This document shows, piece after piece, positions 35,141-45,311 of a DNA stretch of 64,000 nt. How positions within the stretch are numbered: position 1 is the stretch's first letter; each line of letters opens with the position of its first letter. This stretch comes from Gemmatimonadota bacterium. Its GTDB lineage: Bacteria > Gemmatimonadota > Gemmatimonadetes > Gemmatimonadales > Gemmatimonadaceae. The stretch covers positions 96,001 through 160,000 of the forward strand of contig JAZJZK010000005.1 of assembly GCA_040389905.1 (NCBI GenBank), given 5' to 3'. Both the position numbers and the translations under genes were made by a program. A model generated the notes under the pieces. The model did no database searches. It saw nothing but the letters and a program-made list of their open reading frames with translations, and was not told the origin of the DNA.

Positions 35141-37234
35141 ATGCCCCGGTTCGGCCTCTCACTCAAGATCTTCCTCGGCACCGCGGCAGTCGTCACCGCA
35201 GTGCTTGCGATCACGCTCTTCGTAACGTCCGCATCGGCACGATCGAATGCGGGCGACTCGATCGAGCGAGGCCTGAGGGAGACCAACGCTCGGGTCGCCG
35301 AGCAGCTCCGTTCGCGACAGAAGGAACTCGCCGGCAAGCTGCAGGTGTTCGCACAGAATCCCGTCGTCGTCCAGAACATCGTGAACGATTCGTCGGGGAA
35401 CAATGCGTTCGACCAGGCAGGCGTCGCGGTGGAAGCGAGCGGAGCGAAATGGGTGCAGGTGCTCGACGCCGCCGGGATCGTCCTTGCGAAGAGCGACGAC
35501 CGCTCGGCGAAGGGCCGCGATATTTCGCAGTCGCCGCTCGTCGTGAGCGCGCTCCAGGGGACCGCCGCCAGCGGGATGGGCGTATTCGGCGACACGACGA
35601 TCATACAGCTCGTGGCCATCCCGATGCTGAGTAACCTGAACAATGCGGTCAGCGCAGTCGGTGTGCTCCTGGCCGCGGAACAGATTGGCGATTCCCTGGC
35701 GTCTGCGATCGGCGCGACGACAGGCAGTCAGGTGGCGTTTTACGTCATCGATTCGACCGGTGCGCCGCGCATCGTCGGCTCATCGATCCCGGCCGCTGAG
35801 CGAAAGCCGCTGCAGGATGAGCTCTCGGCGAGGCTCAGGGACACCACGATGCGAGCCGCTCCGACTCCGGCCGCGCGGACTGACAGCGGACCTGCTGCGA
35901 AGAAGGACACGAGCGCGATGGGCAAAGCCAGCGCGCAAGGCTCCATCGACATCGGCGGCACGGCATACGTTGGACAAACGACGCCGATCTTCAGCGCCGG
36001 AGGGTCCGAGATCGGCGGTTTCCTCGCGATGCGGTCGCTCGATGCTGAACTCGCGGGATTCTACGATCTGCGACGCAAGTTGCTGCTCGCCGGGGCCGTG
36101 GGTCTGATCGTCGCGTTCCTGTTGTCCGGAGCGATCACCCGGCAGATCGTGCGGCCCGTAACGGCGCTCGTCATGGCCACACGCCGCGCAGCAGACGGCG
36201 ACTATGCAGCCGAAATCCCAGCGGGCGGCGGCGACGAAATCGGTACGCTCGCCGATGCCGTTCGGCGGCTGCTTGGCGATTTACGCGACAAGCAGGCGCT
36301 CGTGGATTTCCTCGGCGGCGGACGGGCAATGGCGACCGGAACGCTCGTTGGTGGCGATGGCGACGCGACGGCGTTGATGCCCGGCGTCGCGCCTCGCACC
36401 GGTGTGTTGATGCCGGGCCAGTCGCTGGGCGTTCGCTACGACATCAAGGCGACGCTCGGCGCGGGCGGGATGGGAATGGTCTATCGCGCCGTCGATCGCG
36501 AACTCCAGGAAGTCGTCGCCATCAAGACGCTCAAGCCCGAGATCCTCGCGGGTGACGACACCGCGCTCGAGCGTTTCAAGAGCGAGATCCGACTCGCCCG
36601 CAAGATCTCGCACCGCAACGTCGTGCGGACGCACGATCTCGGCGAGGCGAACGGGCTCTATTTCATCACGATGGAGTTCGTCGAAGGGACGTCGCTCAAG
36701 GATCTCGTGCGGGCACGCGGGCGGCTGCCCGTGCAGGTGCTCCTGCCCATCGCGAAGCAGCTCTGTCGAGCGCTCGAGGTCGCGCATGAGGCCGGCGTGA
36801 TCCATCGCGACATCAAGCCACAGAACATGGTGGTGGAGGGCGATGGCACGTTGAAGGTCATGGACTTCGGCATTGCGCGACTCGCATCGCGCGCGCCGCA
36901 ACAGGGATTGACGCAGGCGGGCATGGTCATTGGGACGCCGGAGTACATGGCGCCCGAGCAATTGCTCGGCGACGAACTCGATGCGCGCGCCGATATCTAC
37001 TCGGCCGGTGTCGTATTGTATGAGTGCCTGACCGGCAAAGTGCCGTTCGACGCTCCAACCCCGATTGCGCTCATCTCTCGGGTACTCGAAGAGACGCCAG
37101 TCGCTCCACATGCCGCGTTTGCCGACATTCCCCAGGTACTCAGCGCGCTCGTCATGCGCGCGATGTCACGCGACCGCGATGCGCGCCCAGCGACGGCGCA
37201 GTTGTTCCACGACGCGCTCGAACAGATTGGTTGA
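35141..37234 (+). CDS. Membrane sensor Ser/Thr protein kinase: TM-extracytoplasmic Cache-like-TM-HAMP-Hanks kinase
   Basis: Two TMs; HAMP (RPV..L..A..R.A.GDY......GGDEIG.LA); LGAGGMG.VY, VAIK, HRDIKPQN, DFG, GTPEYMAPE. Confidence 0.9.
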   Translation: MPRFGLSLKIFLGTAAVVTAVLAITLFVTSASARSNAGDSIERGLRETNARVAEQLRSRQKELAGKLQVFAQNPVVVQNIVNDSSGNNAFDQAGVAVEASGAKWVQVLDAAGIVLAKSDDRSAKGRDISQSPLVVSALQGTAASGMGVFGDTTIIQLVAIPMLSNLNNAVSAVGVLLAAEQIGDSLASAIGATTGSQVAFYVIDSTGAPRIVGSSIPAAERKPLQDELSARLRDTTMRAAPTPAARTDSGPAAKKDTSAMGKASAQGSIDIGGTAYVGQTTPIFSAGGSEIGGFLAMRSLDAELAGFYDLRRKLLLAGAVGLIVAFLLSGAITRQIVRPVTALVMATRRAADGDYAAEIPAGGGDEIGTLADAVRRLLGDLRDKQALVDFLGGGRAMATGTLVGGDGDATALMPGVAPRTGVLMPGQSLGVRYDIKATLGAGGMGMVYRAVDRELQEVVAIKTLKPEILAGDDTALERFKSEIRLARKISHRNVVRTHDLGEANGLYFITMEFVEGTSLKDLVRARGRLPVQVLLPIAKQLCRALEVAHEAGVIHRDIKPQNMVVEGDGTLKVMDFGIARLASRAPQQGLTQAGMVIGTPEYMAPEQLLGDELDARADIYSAGVVLYECLTGKVPFDAPTPIALISRVLEETPVAPHAAFADIPQVLSALVMRAMSRDRDARPATAQLFHDALEQIG

Positions 37235-37269
37235 TGGCAAGCGTCTGGGCAGGCCGACTACGATGACGA

Positions 37270-38850
37270 ATGCCACGACGCGTTAGCGACAGCGCGGCCG
37301 CGGTCTCGACCCGAATGCCGGGTGGGCGAAAACACGCTGCATCGGACGTCGATGCCGCGCATGTTCTCGACCTGCTCGAAGTTGGCGTGATGATGCTGGG
37401 CCACGACCTTCGTGTGACGTACGCGAATGCGCGGTGGGAGTTATGGATTCCGCAGCCGCTGCTTCCGGAGGCCTCGTTCGAGGACCTGCTCGGCGACGGC
37501 GCCAGTGCGGTCATCGAGGAACTCCGCGGTGTCCTGGCTGACGGGGAGCCGCGGACTGTCCATTTGACGCTCCCGCCCGTGCGTGCGGATGCGCATGGTT
37601 GTCTACTCGACGCGCTCGTGCGCCGGGTGCCTGACGGACTCGTTCTCGAGGTCCGGTCCGATAGCGTCGAGGAACGCGCTGCGATGCACGATATCGCACG
37701 ACGCCTGGCGGAAGTCAGTGACATGGCTGAAGTCCTTCGGGCACTGTGCGACATCGCCATGCGCCAGTGCGGGGGGACAGGCGCGAGCGTGATGCGCGTG
37801 CTCGGAGAGCACGGAGAGGTGGTCGCGTCCGCGGGCGACATGGGGCCGGCATGGGGGCGCACGTTCGCGCTCGAAGGTTCGATGCTCCTTCAGGCGATCT
37901 CGGAGTCAGAGGTCATTCGCGAGGAGAACTACAGCCTGTCCAATCGGCCATTGGCACGCGCCGTTCCGGAACTGGCCGTCGGGCCCGTGCTGATGGCGCC
38001 GCTCAAGGCGCACGGAGAAACGCTCGGCGTGATTGCCGTGAGTCGCCCCGTTGGCGGTCGCGCCTTTCGTCCGCGAGACATCGAACGTCTTCGCGGCTTG
38101 GCGGATCACGCCGCGCTGGCCGTCCACAAGTCGCTCCTGCTCCTGCAAGCGCAAAGCGCCGATCGGGCAAAGGGACGCTTTCTCGCGACGATGAGCCACG
38201 AATTGCGAACGCCGCTCACCGCGCTCGCGGGCTACAATGAACTGCTCGCGGACGAAGTCATCGGGCCACTCAGCGCGCCGCAACTCGACATTCTCGAACG
38301 AATGCGGTCGGTTACGCTGCACCTCTCCGCGATGATCGAGGAGATTCTCTCGTTCACGAGCCTGGAAGAAGGTCGCGAGGTCGTGCGCCCCAGTGAGTTC
38401 CTGGTGGCCGACCTCGTTCGCGCGGCCGTCGCGATCGTGGAACCGATGGCCGAACAGAAGCGGATACGATTGGTCGCAAAGCTCTCGCAGAAGCCGGTCC
38501 GCATGACGAGCGATATCGAAAAGTCCCGGCAAATACTGGTCAACCTCATCGGCAACGCCGTGAAGTTCACCGATTCGGGAAATGTCACCGTTTCCTTGAG
38601 TACGGACGACTCGACCGTTCGCATCGATGTACAGGATACTGGTATCGGCATCCCCCCCGAGGAGCTGGCGCGTCTGTTCAAGCCGTTCGTCCAGGTGGAT
38701 GCCGGACTGACCCGCCGGCACGGCGGAACCGGACTCGGCCTGTACATCTCGCGCCGGCTTGCCACGCTACTGGGCGGTCGGATCGACGTGACCAGCACGG
38801 TGGGCGTCGGATCCACCTTCTCGGTGGTCCTGCCCACTCGAATCGGCTAG
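37270..38850 (+). CDS. PAS-like/GAF sensor histidine kinase
   Basis: GAF (APL......LGVI.V), [30 protein letters not shown]; start uncertain (37270 or 37315). Confidence 0.9.
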   Translation: MPRRVSDSAAAVSTRMPGGRKHAASDVDAAHVLDLLEVGVMMLGHDLRVTYANARWELWIPQPLLPEASFEDLLGDGASAVIEELRGVLADGEPRTVHLTLPPVRADAHGCLLDALVRRVPDGLVLEVRSDSVEERAAMHDIARRLAEVSDMAEVLRALCDIAMRQCGGTGASVMRVLGEHGEVVASAGDMGPAWGRTFALEGSMLLQAISESEVIREENYSLSNRPLARAVPELAVGPVLMAPLKAHGETLGVIAVSRPVGGRAFRPRDIERLRGLADHAALAVHKSLLLLQAQSADRAKGRFLATMSHELRTPLTALAGYNELLADEVIGPLSAPQLDILERMRSVTLHLSAMIEEILSFTSLEEGREVVRPSEFLVADLVRAAVAIVEPMAEQKRIRLVAKLSQKPVRMTSDIEKSRQILVNLIGNAVKFTDSGNVTVSLSTDDSTVRIDVQDTGIGIPPEELARLFKPFVQVDAGLTRRHGGTGLGLYISRRLATLLGGRIDVTSTVGVGSTFSVVLPTRIG

Positions 38851-38918
38851 TCCCCGGCCGACTCAAGTATTGAAGCCACTCTGCCGATACCCCGAACCGT
38901 GTCTTCGACGATGGCTGC

Positions 38919-41900
38919 ATGAAGCCGGAAGAGCGGAATGTCGAGTTGGATCGTGGCGTCGATCGTGTTGCGAATCGGAAGAGACTCGGCGGCGGACGGT
39001 CGGCCAGCCAATCCATCGCGGCGCTGAGCGATGCCCTCTTCGCGGCGGAAAGAGTCTCTGACGTAACGCACCTGGCCGCTCCCGCACTCAGAACGGCCAC
39101 GGGAGCGCAGTTCGCGCTCCTGACGTTGGACGGCGTCGAATTTCACTTCGACGGCGATGACAGCAAGGGCGTGCGCTCCGTCGCCCTCGACCGGTTGTCC
39201 GCGGCGATTTCCGGCGACGCCGGCGACGTGATCTGGCGAAACGAGGCACAGTTCCTCCGCGACGCCGACCCCGACATTCGCGCCGAAATGGGTACCGCCT
39301 CGCTCGCGATTCTTCCATTTCGTCACAGTACGCGCGACACTGGCGCGATGGTGCTTGGTTTTCAGTACCGCACCGACTTCCCGTCGGAACAACAGGACTT
39401 CCTCCTCGCGGCGGCGACACTCGTCGGGCATGCCCACCAGTACGCGCGAATGCTCGAGCGGAAGCGGGCCGCGCTCGAGGCAATCAACTATCTGGAACGG
39501 GCGAGCCTGTTGCTCGGCAAGGGCACCGATCCAGCCATCGTGCTCGAGCAACTTGCCCGCCTCGCGCTGCCGAGGCTCGGCGATTACGCGATGATCGACC
39601 TCGTCAATGGAGACGGGTCGACTTCCCATGCAGGAGTAGCGCACCAGGATCCCGCCAAGGAGGGACTGCTTCAGGAGTATCGCAGACGCCATCCCGTGTC
39701 GATCGCGCCAACTGCACCGGCAGGCCGCGTGCTGATTACTGGGGAGCCTGAAGTCGTGCCGCGACTCGGCGCGGACGGCCTCGCGAAGTTGGCTGCGAAT
39801 CCAGAACAGCGCGCGATGCTCGAGCAGATCGGCCTATCAGGCTACATGGTCGTGCCGCTTCTGCACCTCGGCAATGCGGTTGGTACGATGGTGTTCGGAC
39901 TGACGACCTCGGACCGATCATTTTCGACGGCGGACGTTGCGCTTGCGGTCGCGGTCGGCGATCGGGTGAGCACGGTGCTGCACGGCATGGCGCTGGTGGA
40001 AGAATCGGAACGCACGCGCGTCGAGGTCGAGCGGGTGAATGCTCAACTGCGCGAACAAGCGGTCGAGCTCGAGGCGTCGAATCACCTGCTCCAGGAACAA
40101 GCCGTCGAGATGGAGCAGCAGACGGAGGAGGCCCGCGCGCTATCCGAAGAACTGGAGAATACGCTGGATGACCTTCGTCGGAGCGAGGGGCGCTTCAAGG
40201 CACTCGTCGATGCCAGTGCACAAGCGGTCTGGCGCAGTGATCCAGCGGGGCAGTTCGTGGAGGTCTCCGACGAGTGGAAAAAGCTCACCGGGGTTACGCC
40301 GACGCCAGAGGGTCAATCGGGCGCGAGCGCCGTGCATGCCGACGACCTGGAGCGAACGTTGACGGAGTGGCGTCGAGCCCTGGTGTCCGGAACGCCGTTC
40401 GAGATCGAGCACCGTCTCAGGCTCGCGAATGGTGATTTCCGCTGGTTCTTCGGGCGCGCGGTCCCGATCTACGATGACGACGGCGACAGGATTCGCGAGT
40501 GGGTTGGCATGCACACCGACGTGCATGAGCAGCACACGCTCTCGGACGAGCAACGTCTCTTGTTACTGGTCGGGAGCGCCGTTCAACAGAAGTACGAGCC
40601 TGACGCACTCGTGCAAACAGTGCTGGCGGCCCTCGCCGAGCACCTCGGCGTCGAGCAGGCGCGGCTCGTCGACGTCGACAGCGTCACCCGCGTCGCAACG
40701 TTGCGTGCCGCACACACGTTTCTGCGTGACGATGGACACCCAGCGCGCAACGCACCGCCGATCCGGCGCGTTGCGCTCTCGCATGTCACCACCGATATCG
40801 ACGCGCAGCTTCGTGGCGAGCCGTCGGTCGTCTCGAATGCGCGGACCGATCCACGCACGTCGCCGTACTACGAGCGGACCTTCGCGCCGACAGGGACGCT
40901 CTCGGAACTGTCCGTGCCGCTGCTGCGCGCTGGCAAGATGGTGGCTGCACTTGCGGTGGCGTCTGGTGTACCGCGAGAGTGGCTGCCGCGCGAGATCATC
41001 ATCGTACGACGGGTGGGTGACAAGCTGTGGTCCGCCTATGAAGCCGCATCAATGCTCAAGGAACTCGAGGCCAAGAACGCCGCGCTCGCGGCCAGCGAGG
41101 CACGGCTCGCGGGCGTCGTCGGGTCGGCAATGGATGCCATTCTGTCCGTGGATGCGGATGGGTTTGTCAGCGTGTTCAATGCGGCGGCCGAAGAGGTATT
41201 CGGCATTCGAGCCGAGAATGCGATGGGCATGCCGCTCAATCAGTTCATCCAATCGCGGCTTGCCGTCGCGAACCTGAGCGCCGATTTGCCCGGAGTGGAT
41301 GCGTTGTCGACGAGCGACATCGGGCATCCCACCGAGGTGGTGGGCTACCGTGCCGATGGCGGAACCTTCCCTGCGGAAGCCACCATCTCACAGGCCGCCG
41401 GCGATGCGGGACGCGCGCTCACGATCGTGCTCCGCGATGTCACCGCGCGTCGCGCACTCGAGGCACAGCTCCTCCAGGCGCAGAAAATGGAGGCCGTCGG
41501 GCGGCTCGCGGGCGGCGTGGCGCATGACTTCAACAACATCCTTACCGTCATTCGCGGCTGCGCGGATTTCCTGCGCGAGTCGATGCCGACAACCGACGAG
41601 CGCCGCGTCGATCTCGACGAGATGCTCGCCGCCACCGATCGCGCGACCACGCTGACACGACAGCTTCTCACGTTCAGCCGCAAGCAGGTGGTCCTCCCAC
41701 GCGTGCTCGACGTGAACATCGTGGTGCGCGGCATCGAGCCCATGCTCCGTCGCCTCATCGGCGAGGAGATCGAACTGGCCGTAATGCTGCAGGGGAATCG
41801 GCTGGCCGTCCGAGCAGATCTCGGCCAGCTCGAGCAAGTGATCATCAACCTCGCCGTGAATGCGCGCGACGCCATGGTGCAGGGCGGGGTACTCGGGATC

Positions 41901-42644
41901 GAAACCGACATCGTGGTCATGACGCCGGACGATGTGCGCCGGCATCAACTCGATCCCATGACGACCGCGCAAGCCACGAGGGTCGGTGAGTACGTCGTGA
42001 TTCGCGTCACGGATACCGGGATCGGGATGGAATCGTCCATCATGGAGCATGTCTTCGAGCCGTTCTTCACGACGAAGTCGGAAGGGCATGGCACCGGTCT
42101 CGGGTTGGCGACCGTTCACGGAATCGTGGCGCAGGCCGGTGGACACGTGCGAGTGCGGAGCGTGGCCTCGGAGGGCACGACATTCGAAGTGTTTCTGCCG
42201 CGTTTGCGGAACGACGATTCGGGGGAGCACCCGCGGGCGGTGCAGCCCGAACAGAGGAAGGCCTCCGGCACCGTTCTGCTCGTCGAGGACGAAGTGACCG
42301 TCCGCCGCTCCGTCCGCCGGATGCTGGAACGTGCCGGCTACACTGTCGTCGAGGCGAGACACGGTGCCGATGCCTTGCTCGTCTGGCGCGAGCACGAGGG
42401 CAAGATCGATCTGGTGCTCACCGATCTCCGCATGCCCGAGCTGGGCGGACGCGAGCTCATTGCCATGCTTCGCGCGATCCGGCCAGACCTTCCCGCGATC
42501 GCGATGTCTGGCTATCCGCCGGAGATGGGGATCGGACCGGTCGAGAACTGGGGCGAGGACCAGCGGCTGCACTTCCTCGCGAAGCCCTTCACGACCGACG
42601 CGTTGCTGTCTGCCGTGGACCGGATGCTTGCCGTCGACGCGTAG
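38919..42644 (+). CDS. Hybrid histidine kinase GAF-GAF-coil-PAS-GAF-PAS-HisKA-HATPase-REC
   Basis: QAQKMEAVGRLAGGVAHDFNN, NLAVNARDAM, FEPFFTTK, C-terminal receiver. Confidence 0.93.
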   Translation: MKPEERNVELDRGVDRVANRKRLGGGRSASQSIAALSDALFAAERVSDVTHLAAPALRTATGAQFALLTLDGVEFHFDGDDSKGVRSVALDRLSAAISGDAGDVIWRNEAQFLRDADPDIRAEMGTASLAILPFRHSTRDTGAMVLGFQYRTDFPSEQQDFLLAAATLVGHAHQYARMLERKRAALEAINYLERASLLLGKGTDPAIVLEQLARLALPRLGDYAMIDLVNGDGSTSHAGVAHQDPAKEGLLQEYRRRHPVSIAPTAPAGRVLITGEPEVVPRLGADGLAKLAANPEQRAMLEQIGLSGYMVVPLLHLGNAVGTMVFGLTTSDRSFSTADVALAVAVGDRVSTVLHGMALVEESERTRVEVERVNAQLREQAVELEASNHLLQEQAVEMEQQTEEARALSEELENTLDDLRRSEGRFKALVDASAQAVWRSDPAGQFVEVSDEWKKLTGVTPTPEGQSGASAVHADDLERTLTEWRRALVSGTPFEIEHRLRLANGDFRWFFGRAVPIYDDDGDRIREWVGMHTDVHEQHTLSDEQRLLLLVGSAVQQKYEPDALVQTVLAALAEHLGVEQARLVDVDSVTRVATLRAAHTFLRDDGHPARNAPPIRRVALSHVTTDIDAQLRGEPSVVSNARTDPRTSPYYERTFAPTGTLSELSVPLLRAGKMVAALAVASGVPREWLPREIIIVRRVGDKLWSAYEAASMLKELEAKNAALAASEARLAGVVGSAMDAILSVDADGFVSVFNAAAEEVFGIRAENAMGMPLNQFIQSRLAVANLSADLPGVDALSTSDIGHPTEVVGYRADGGTFPAEATISQAAGDAGRALTIVLRDVTARRALEAQLLQAQKMEAVGRLAGGVAHDFNNILTVIRGCADFLRESMPTTDERRVDLDEMLAATDRATTLTRQLLTFSRKQVVLPRVLDVNIVVRGIEPMLRRLIGEEIELAVMLQGNRLAVRADLGQLEQVIINLAVNARDAMVQGGVLGIETDIVVMTPDDVRRHQLDPMTTAQATRVGEYVVIRVTDTGIGMESSIMEHVFEPFFTTKSEGHGTGLGLATVHGIVAQAGGHVRVRSVASEGTTFEVFLPRLRNDDSGEHPRAVQPEQRKASGTVLLVEDEVTVRRSVRRMLERAGYTVVEARHGADALLVWREHEGKIDLVLTDLRMPELGGRELIAMLRAIRPDLPAIAMSGYPPEMGIGPVENWGEDQRLHFLAKPFTTDALLSAVDRMLAVDA

Positions 42645-42662
42645 GCCGCGCGAACCCTCGCT

Positions 42663-42911
42663 CTACAGTCCGGGCCCTGGGTCGCGGACCAGGACGTCGC
42701 GGTAGTCGACCTTTGCTATGGCGATCAACCTCCGAAGCCGATCCAACGATCCGCCGCACGACTGCAATAACACACGCCGGACACGTCGAATTTCACGCTC
42801 GTATGACTGCTCGCCATATGTCTCCAGCAGCGCGCGCGCTTCGGCATGATCGGCGGGCGGAAGCGTTTGTGCCAGATACTCCGACAGCTGATCCTCGGAC
42901 CACTCCGTCAT
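42663..42911 (-). CDS. Small hypothetical protein (…AK.DYRDVL)
   Basis: 82-aa helical ORF downstream of the GH gene: RVR..LL....G.LD.L...I.IAKVDYRDVL. Confidence 0.6.
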   Translation of the reverse strand: MTEWSEDQLSEYLAQTLPPADHAEARALLETYGEQSYEREIRRVRRVLLQSCGGSLDRLRRLIAIAKVDYRDVLVRDPGPGL

Positions 42912-42934
42912 GTCACCGTTGGACGTCGAATGTC

Positions 42935-44188
42935 TTACGCGATCGCGCGACGATCGGCCATCGCATCGAGCGCCATCGCCGCGCACTCGACGACGATCGT
43001 CGAGACCGCGAAACGCTGAGCGCCGAAGCCTTCACCCGTCATGGGATTGAAGTATTCGCGAAATCCTGACTGGCGGACAAGTGCTGTCGTGCGATCCACG
43101 AGGTGGTCCGCGTCGGCATCGCGTCCAAGGCGCATGAGCCCTTTCATAATGAACCACGTGGTGAACAACCACGTTGGACCGCGCCAGTAGCGTTCCATCC
43201 ACAGGTACCGGTCCTCGCCAGCGACGAAACTCCACTCCGCCGCTGAGGTACTGGGAATCGGAAAGGGAAGCCAGTACCGCTCCGGATTGATCAGGTGCTC
43301 GTTGACGACTCGCTGGCAGATCTCGACCGGAAGGTGCGCCAGTGCGAGCGGGGCGAGGCCAGCCCACGTGCTCACGTCGAGTTGCTCGCCGTCTGGTCCC
43401 TCCGCGAAGAAGAACCCCTTCTTCGGGTCGTATAGGCGCCTGACCAGGGCATCGGTCAGCTCCTTGGCACGCCGCGCCGCCTCAGGCTCACCAAGCCGCG
43501 CAAGCCCTTCCCACCCGAGAATCCACGCGCTGTTCACGAGGACGTCCGTCGCGTGAAATCCGCCGTCGGCGACCACGCGCCGATACTCGTAGGCGCGACT
43601 CCGGTTGAAGTGTTGAAGCGCGAGAAACCCCGGTTTCGGATGGCTGCGCCAGCCGAGCGGAACATCGTACGCGGGGGTTGCGTCGAGGCCCGTCTCGTCG
43701 GGCTGCAAAATCCCAATCAGGCCATCAGCGTCGGCACGCGTGCGCTCGAGGTAGGCATGGAAATGCGACAGCACTTCCCGGCCCTCGTCGGCAAAGCGCC
43801 CATCGCCCGCGCGCGAGGCCACCTCGGCCCAGATCCAGGCGAGTAGCGGCGGCTGAATTGTCGCCGTTTGAAAGGCGCCGCGGTCGATCATGTTGTACGT
43901 GAACGCGCGCGAGAGCCGACAGGGGCCATGCCAGAACGTCGTATGGCCGATCATTCCGGATGGTTGCTGCGCCGCCGCCAACGAGCGCAATTCGCGCATA
44001 GCGCGGTTGGGGTCGAACCGGCTCCAGACGAGCGCGTGGAAGCAGGAGTCCCAGAAAAACTGGTCCGGATACTTCTGGTCGTTCGGACACGTATACCCGA
44101 ACTCGACGCCGCAGTCGTTGCGCCCCTCGCGCCAGTTCACCTCGAGCAGATGCCTGGCGTCGGCGAAGATATCGGAGTATTCGCGCAC
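42935..44188 (-). CDS. GH63/MGH1-like (alpha/alpha)6 glycoside hydrolase
   Basis: YP.QFFWDSCFH, QPP, DETGLD.TP.YD, YWRGP.W, GFREYF.P.TGEG.G. Confidence 0.85.
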   Translation of the reverse strand: MREYSDIFADARHLLEVNWREGRNDCGVEFGYTCPNDQKYPDQFFWDSCFHALVWSRFDPNRAMRELRSLAAAQQPSGMIGHTTFWHGPCRLSRAFTYNMIDRGAFQTATIQPPLLAWIWAEVASRAGDGRFADEGREVLSHFHAYLERTRADADGLIGILQPDETGLDATPAYDVPLGWRSHPKPGFLALQHFNRSRAYEYRRVVADGGFHATDVLVNSAWILGWEGLARLGEPEAARRAKELTDALVRRLYDPKKGFFFAEGPDGEQLDVSTWAGLAPLALAHLPVEICQRVVNEHLINPERYWLPFPIPSTSAAEWSFVAGEDRYLWMERYWRGPTWLFTTWFIMKGLMRLGRDADADHLVDRTTALVRQSGFREYFNPMTGEGFGAQRFAVSTIVVECAAMALDAMADRRAIA

Positions 44189-44346
44189 GGCCTGAGTGTG
44201 TACGGTTGCGCTCGCCTGAGTTAGCGGGCGACGGTCCTTTCAGGCGCAGAGTGCATGGAGCGGGCCGATTTACGACGCGTCAAGTTTTCTTTGTGGTCCT
44301 GAGCGGCAACGACATCGAACCGCGCGCCGGCGGCCAAAAACATACC

Positions 44347-44376
44347 TTGACACGTATATACCCGTGGCAGTATATT
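44347..44376 (+). promoter_or_regulatory. Sigma70-type promoter overlapped by an inverted-repeat operator
   Basis: TTGACA (44347)-N18-TATATT (44371), ATG 6 nt later; IR atatac-N8-gtatat at 44356-44375. Confidence 0.7.
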
Positions 44377-44382
44377 CGGTCC

Positions 44383-44727
44383 ATGCAATCTGTCTTCGAG
44401 ATCATCGTGGAGCCAAACCGCCGAGCGATCCTGCGTCTTCTCGCCACCGCAGAGCAGTCGGTTGGCGAGATCGAGCGCCAGCTTCGCATGCCGCAGCCGA
44501 CTGTGTCAAAGCACCTGCGCGTCTTGCGAGAGGCTGGCTTTGTCGAGTCGACCGTGGACGCGCAACGTCGTCTGTACCGACTGAAAGCCGAGTCACTCCA
44601 GGAGGTCGATGACTGGCTGGCGCCCTTCCGCCGATTTTGGTCCGACCATGTAGACGCTCTCGAACGGCACCTCGACCGCATCGATCCACCACAGCCACCG
44701 AAAAAAAAGACACGGAGAACAAAATGA
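44383..44727 (+). CDS. ArsR/SmtB family transcriptional regulator
   Basis: EPNRRAIL.LL, QPTVSKHLRVLREAG.V, QRR.Y.L, WL..FRRFW. Confidence 0.92.
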   Translation: MQSVFEIIVEPNRRAILRLLATAEQSVGEIERQLRMPQPTVSKHLRVLREAGFVESTVDAQRRLYRLKAESLQEVDDWLAPFRRFWSDHVDALERHLDRIDPPQPPKKKTRRTK

Positions 44728-45293
44728 CCGAACGCGAGCTGTACGAACCCGGGCCGGCGAGTGGGGCGCAGGTGCTCAAGGAGGGAGAGAAGTGGACGCT
44801 CATGCTCGTCAGGGAGCTGCGTCACTCGCCGGACAAGGTCTGGCAGGCGCTCACTGATCCGGCGCAGCTGCGCGAGTGGGCGCCCTTCGACGCCGACGAG
44901 CGCCTTGATCAGAGCGGAAAGAAGGTGAAGCTCACCACGGTGGGCGCGCCGACGCCGCTCGTTTCCGAAATTACGATCAAGCGCGCCGATGCTCCGAATA
45001 CGCTCGAATACAACTGGGGCGGCCAGGATCTCCGCTGGCAACTCGAAGCCGCTGGTGCAGGAACGCGCCTGACGCTGTGGCACAACATCAATCGCAATTT
45101 CATCTCGATGGGTGCGGCGGGTTGGCATATCTGCTTCGACGTCCTCGATCGGCACCTGGCAGGGCACCCCATCGGACGCATGGTCGGCACTGATGCCCTC
45201 GGGTTCGGTGGCTGGCAGCGATTGAACGCCGAATACGCACAGCAGTTCGGTGTCGAGCTACCCAAATGGCCGTCTCAAGCGGCCCCACAGTAA
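44724..45293 (+). CDS. SRPBCC (AHSA1-like) domain protein
   Basis: R.L.HSP.KVW.ALTDP..L.EW, L.Y.W, GTRLTL.H, AGWH.C.D.L; ATGA overlap. Confidence 0.88.
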   Translation: MTERELYEPGPASGAQVLKEGEKWTLMLVRELRHSPDKVWQALTDPAQLREWAPFDADERLDQSGKKVKLTTVGAPTPLVSEITIKRADAPNTLEYNWGGQDLRWQLEAAGAGTRLTLWHNINRNFISMGAAGWHICFDVLDRHLAGHPIGRMVGTDALGFGGWQRLNAEYAQQFGVELPKWPSQAAPQ

Positions 45294-45311
45294 ACAGACC
45301 GAGGAAATCAC

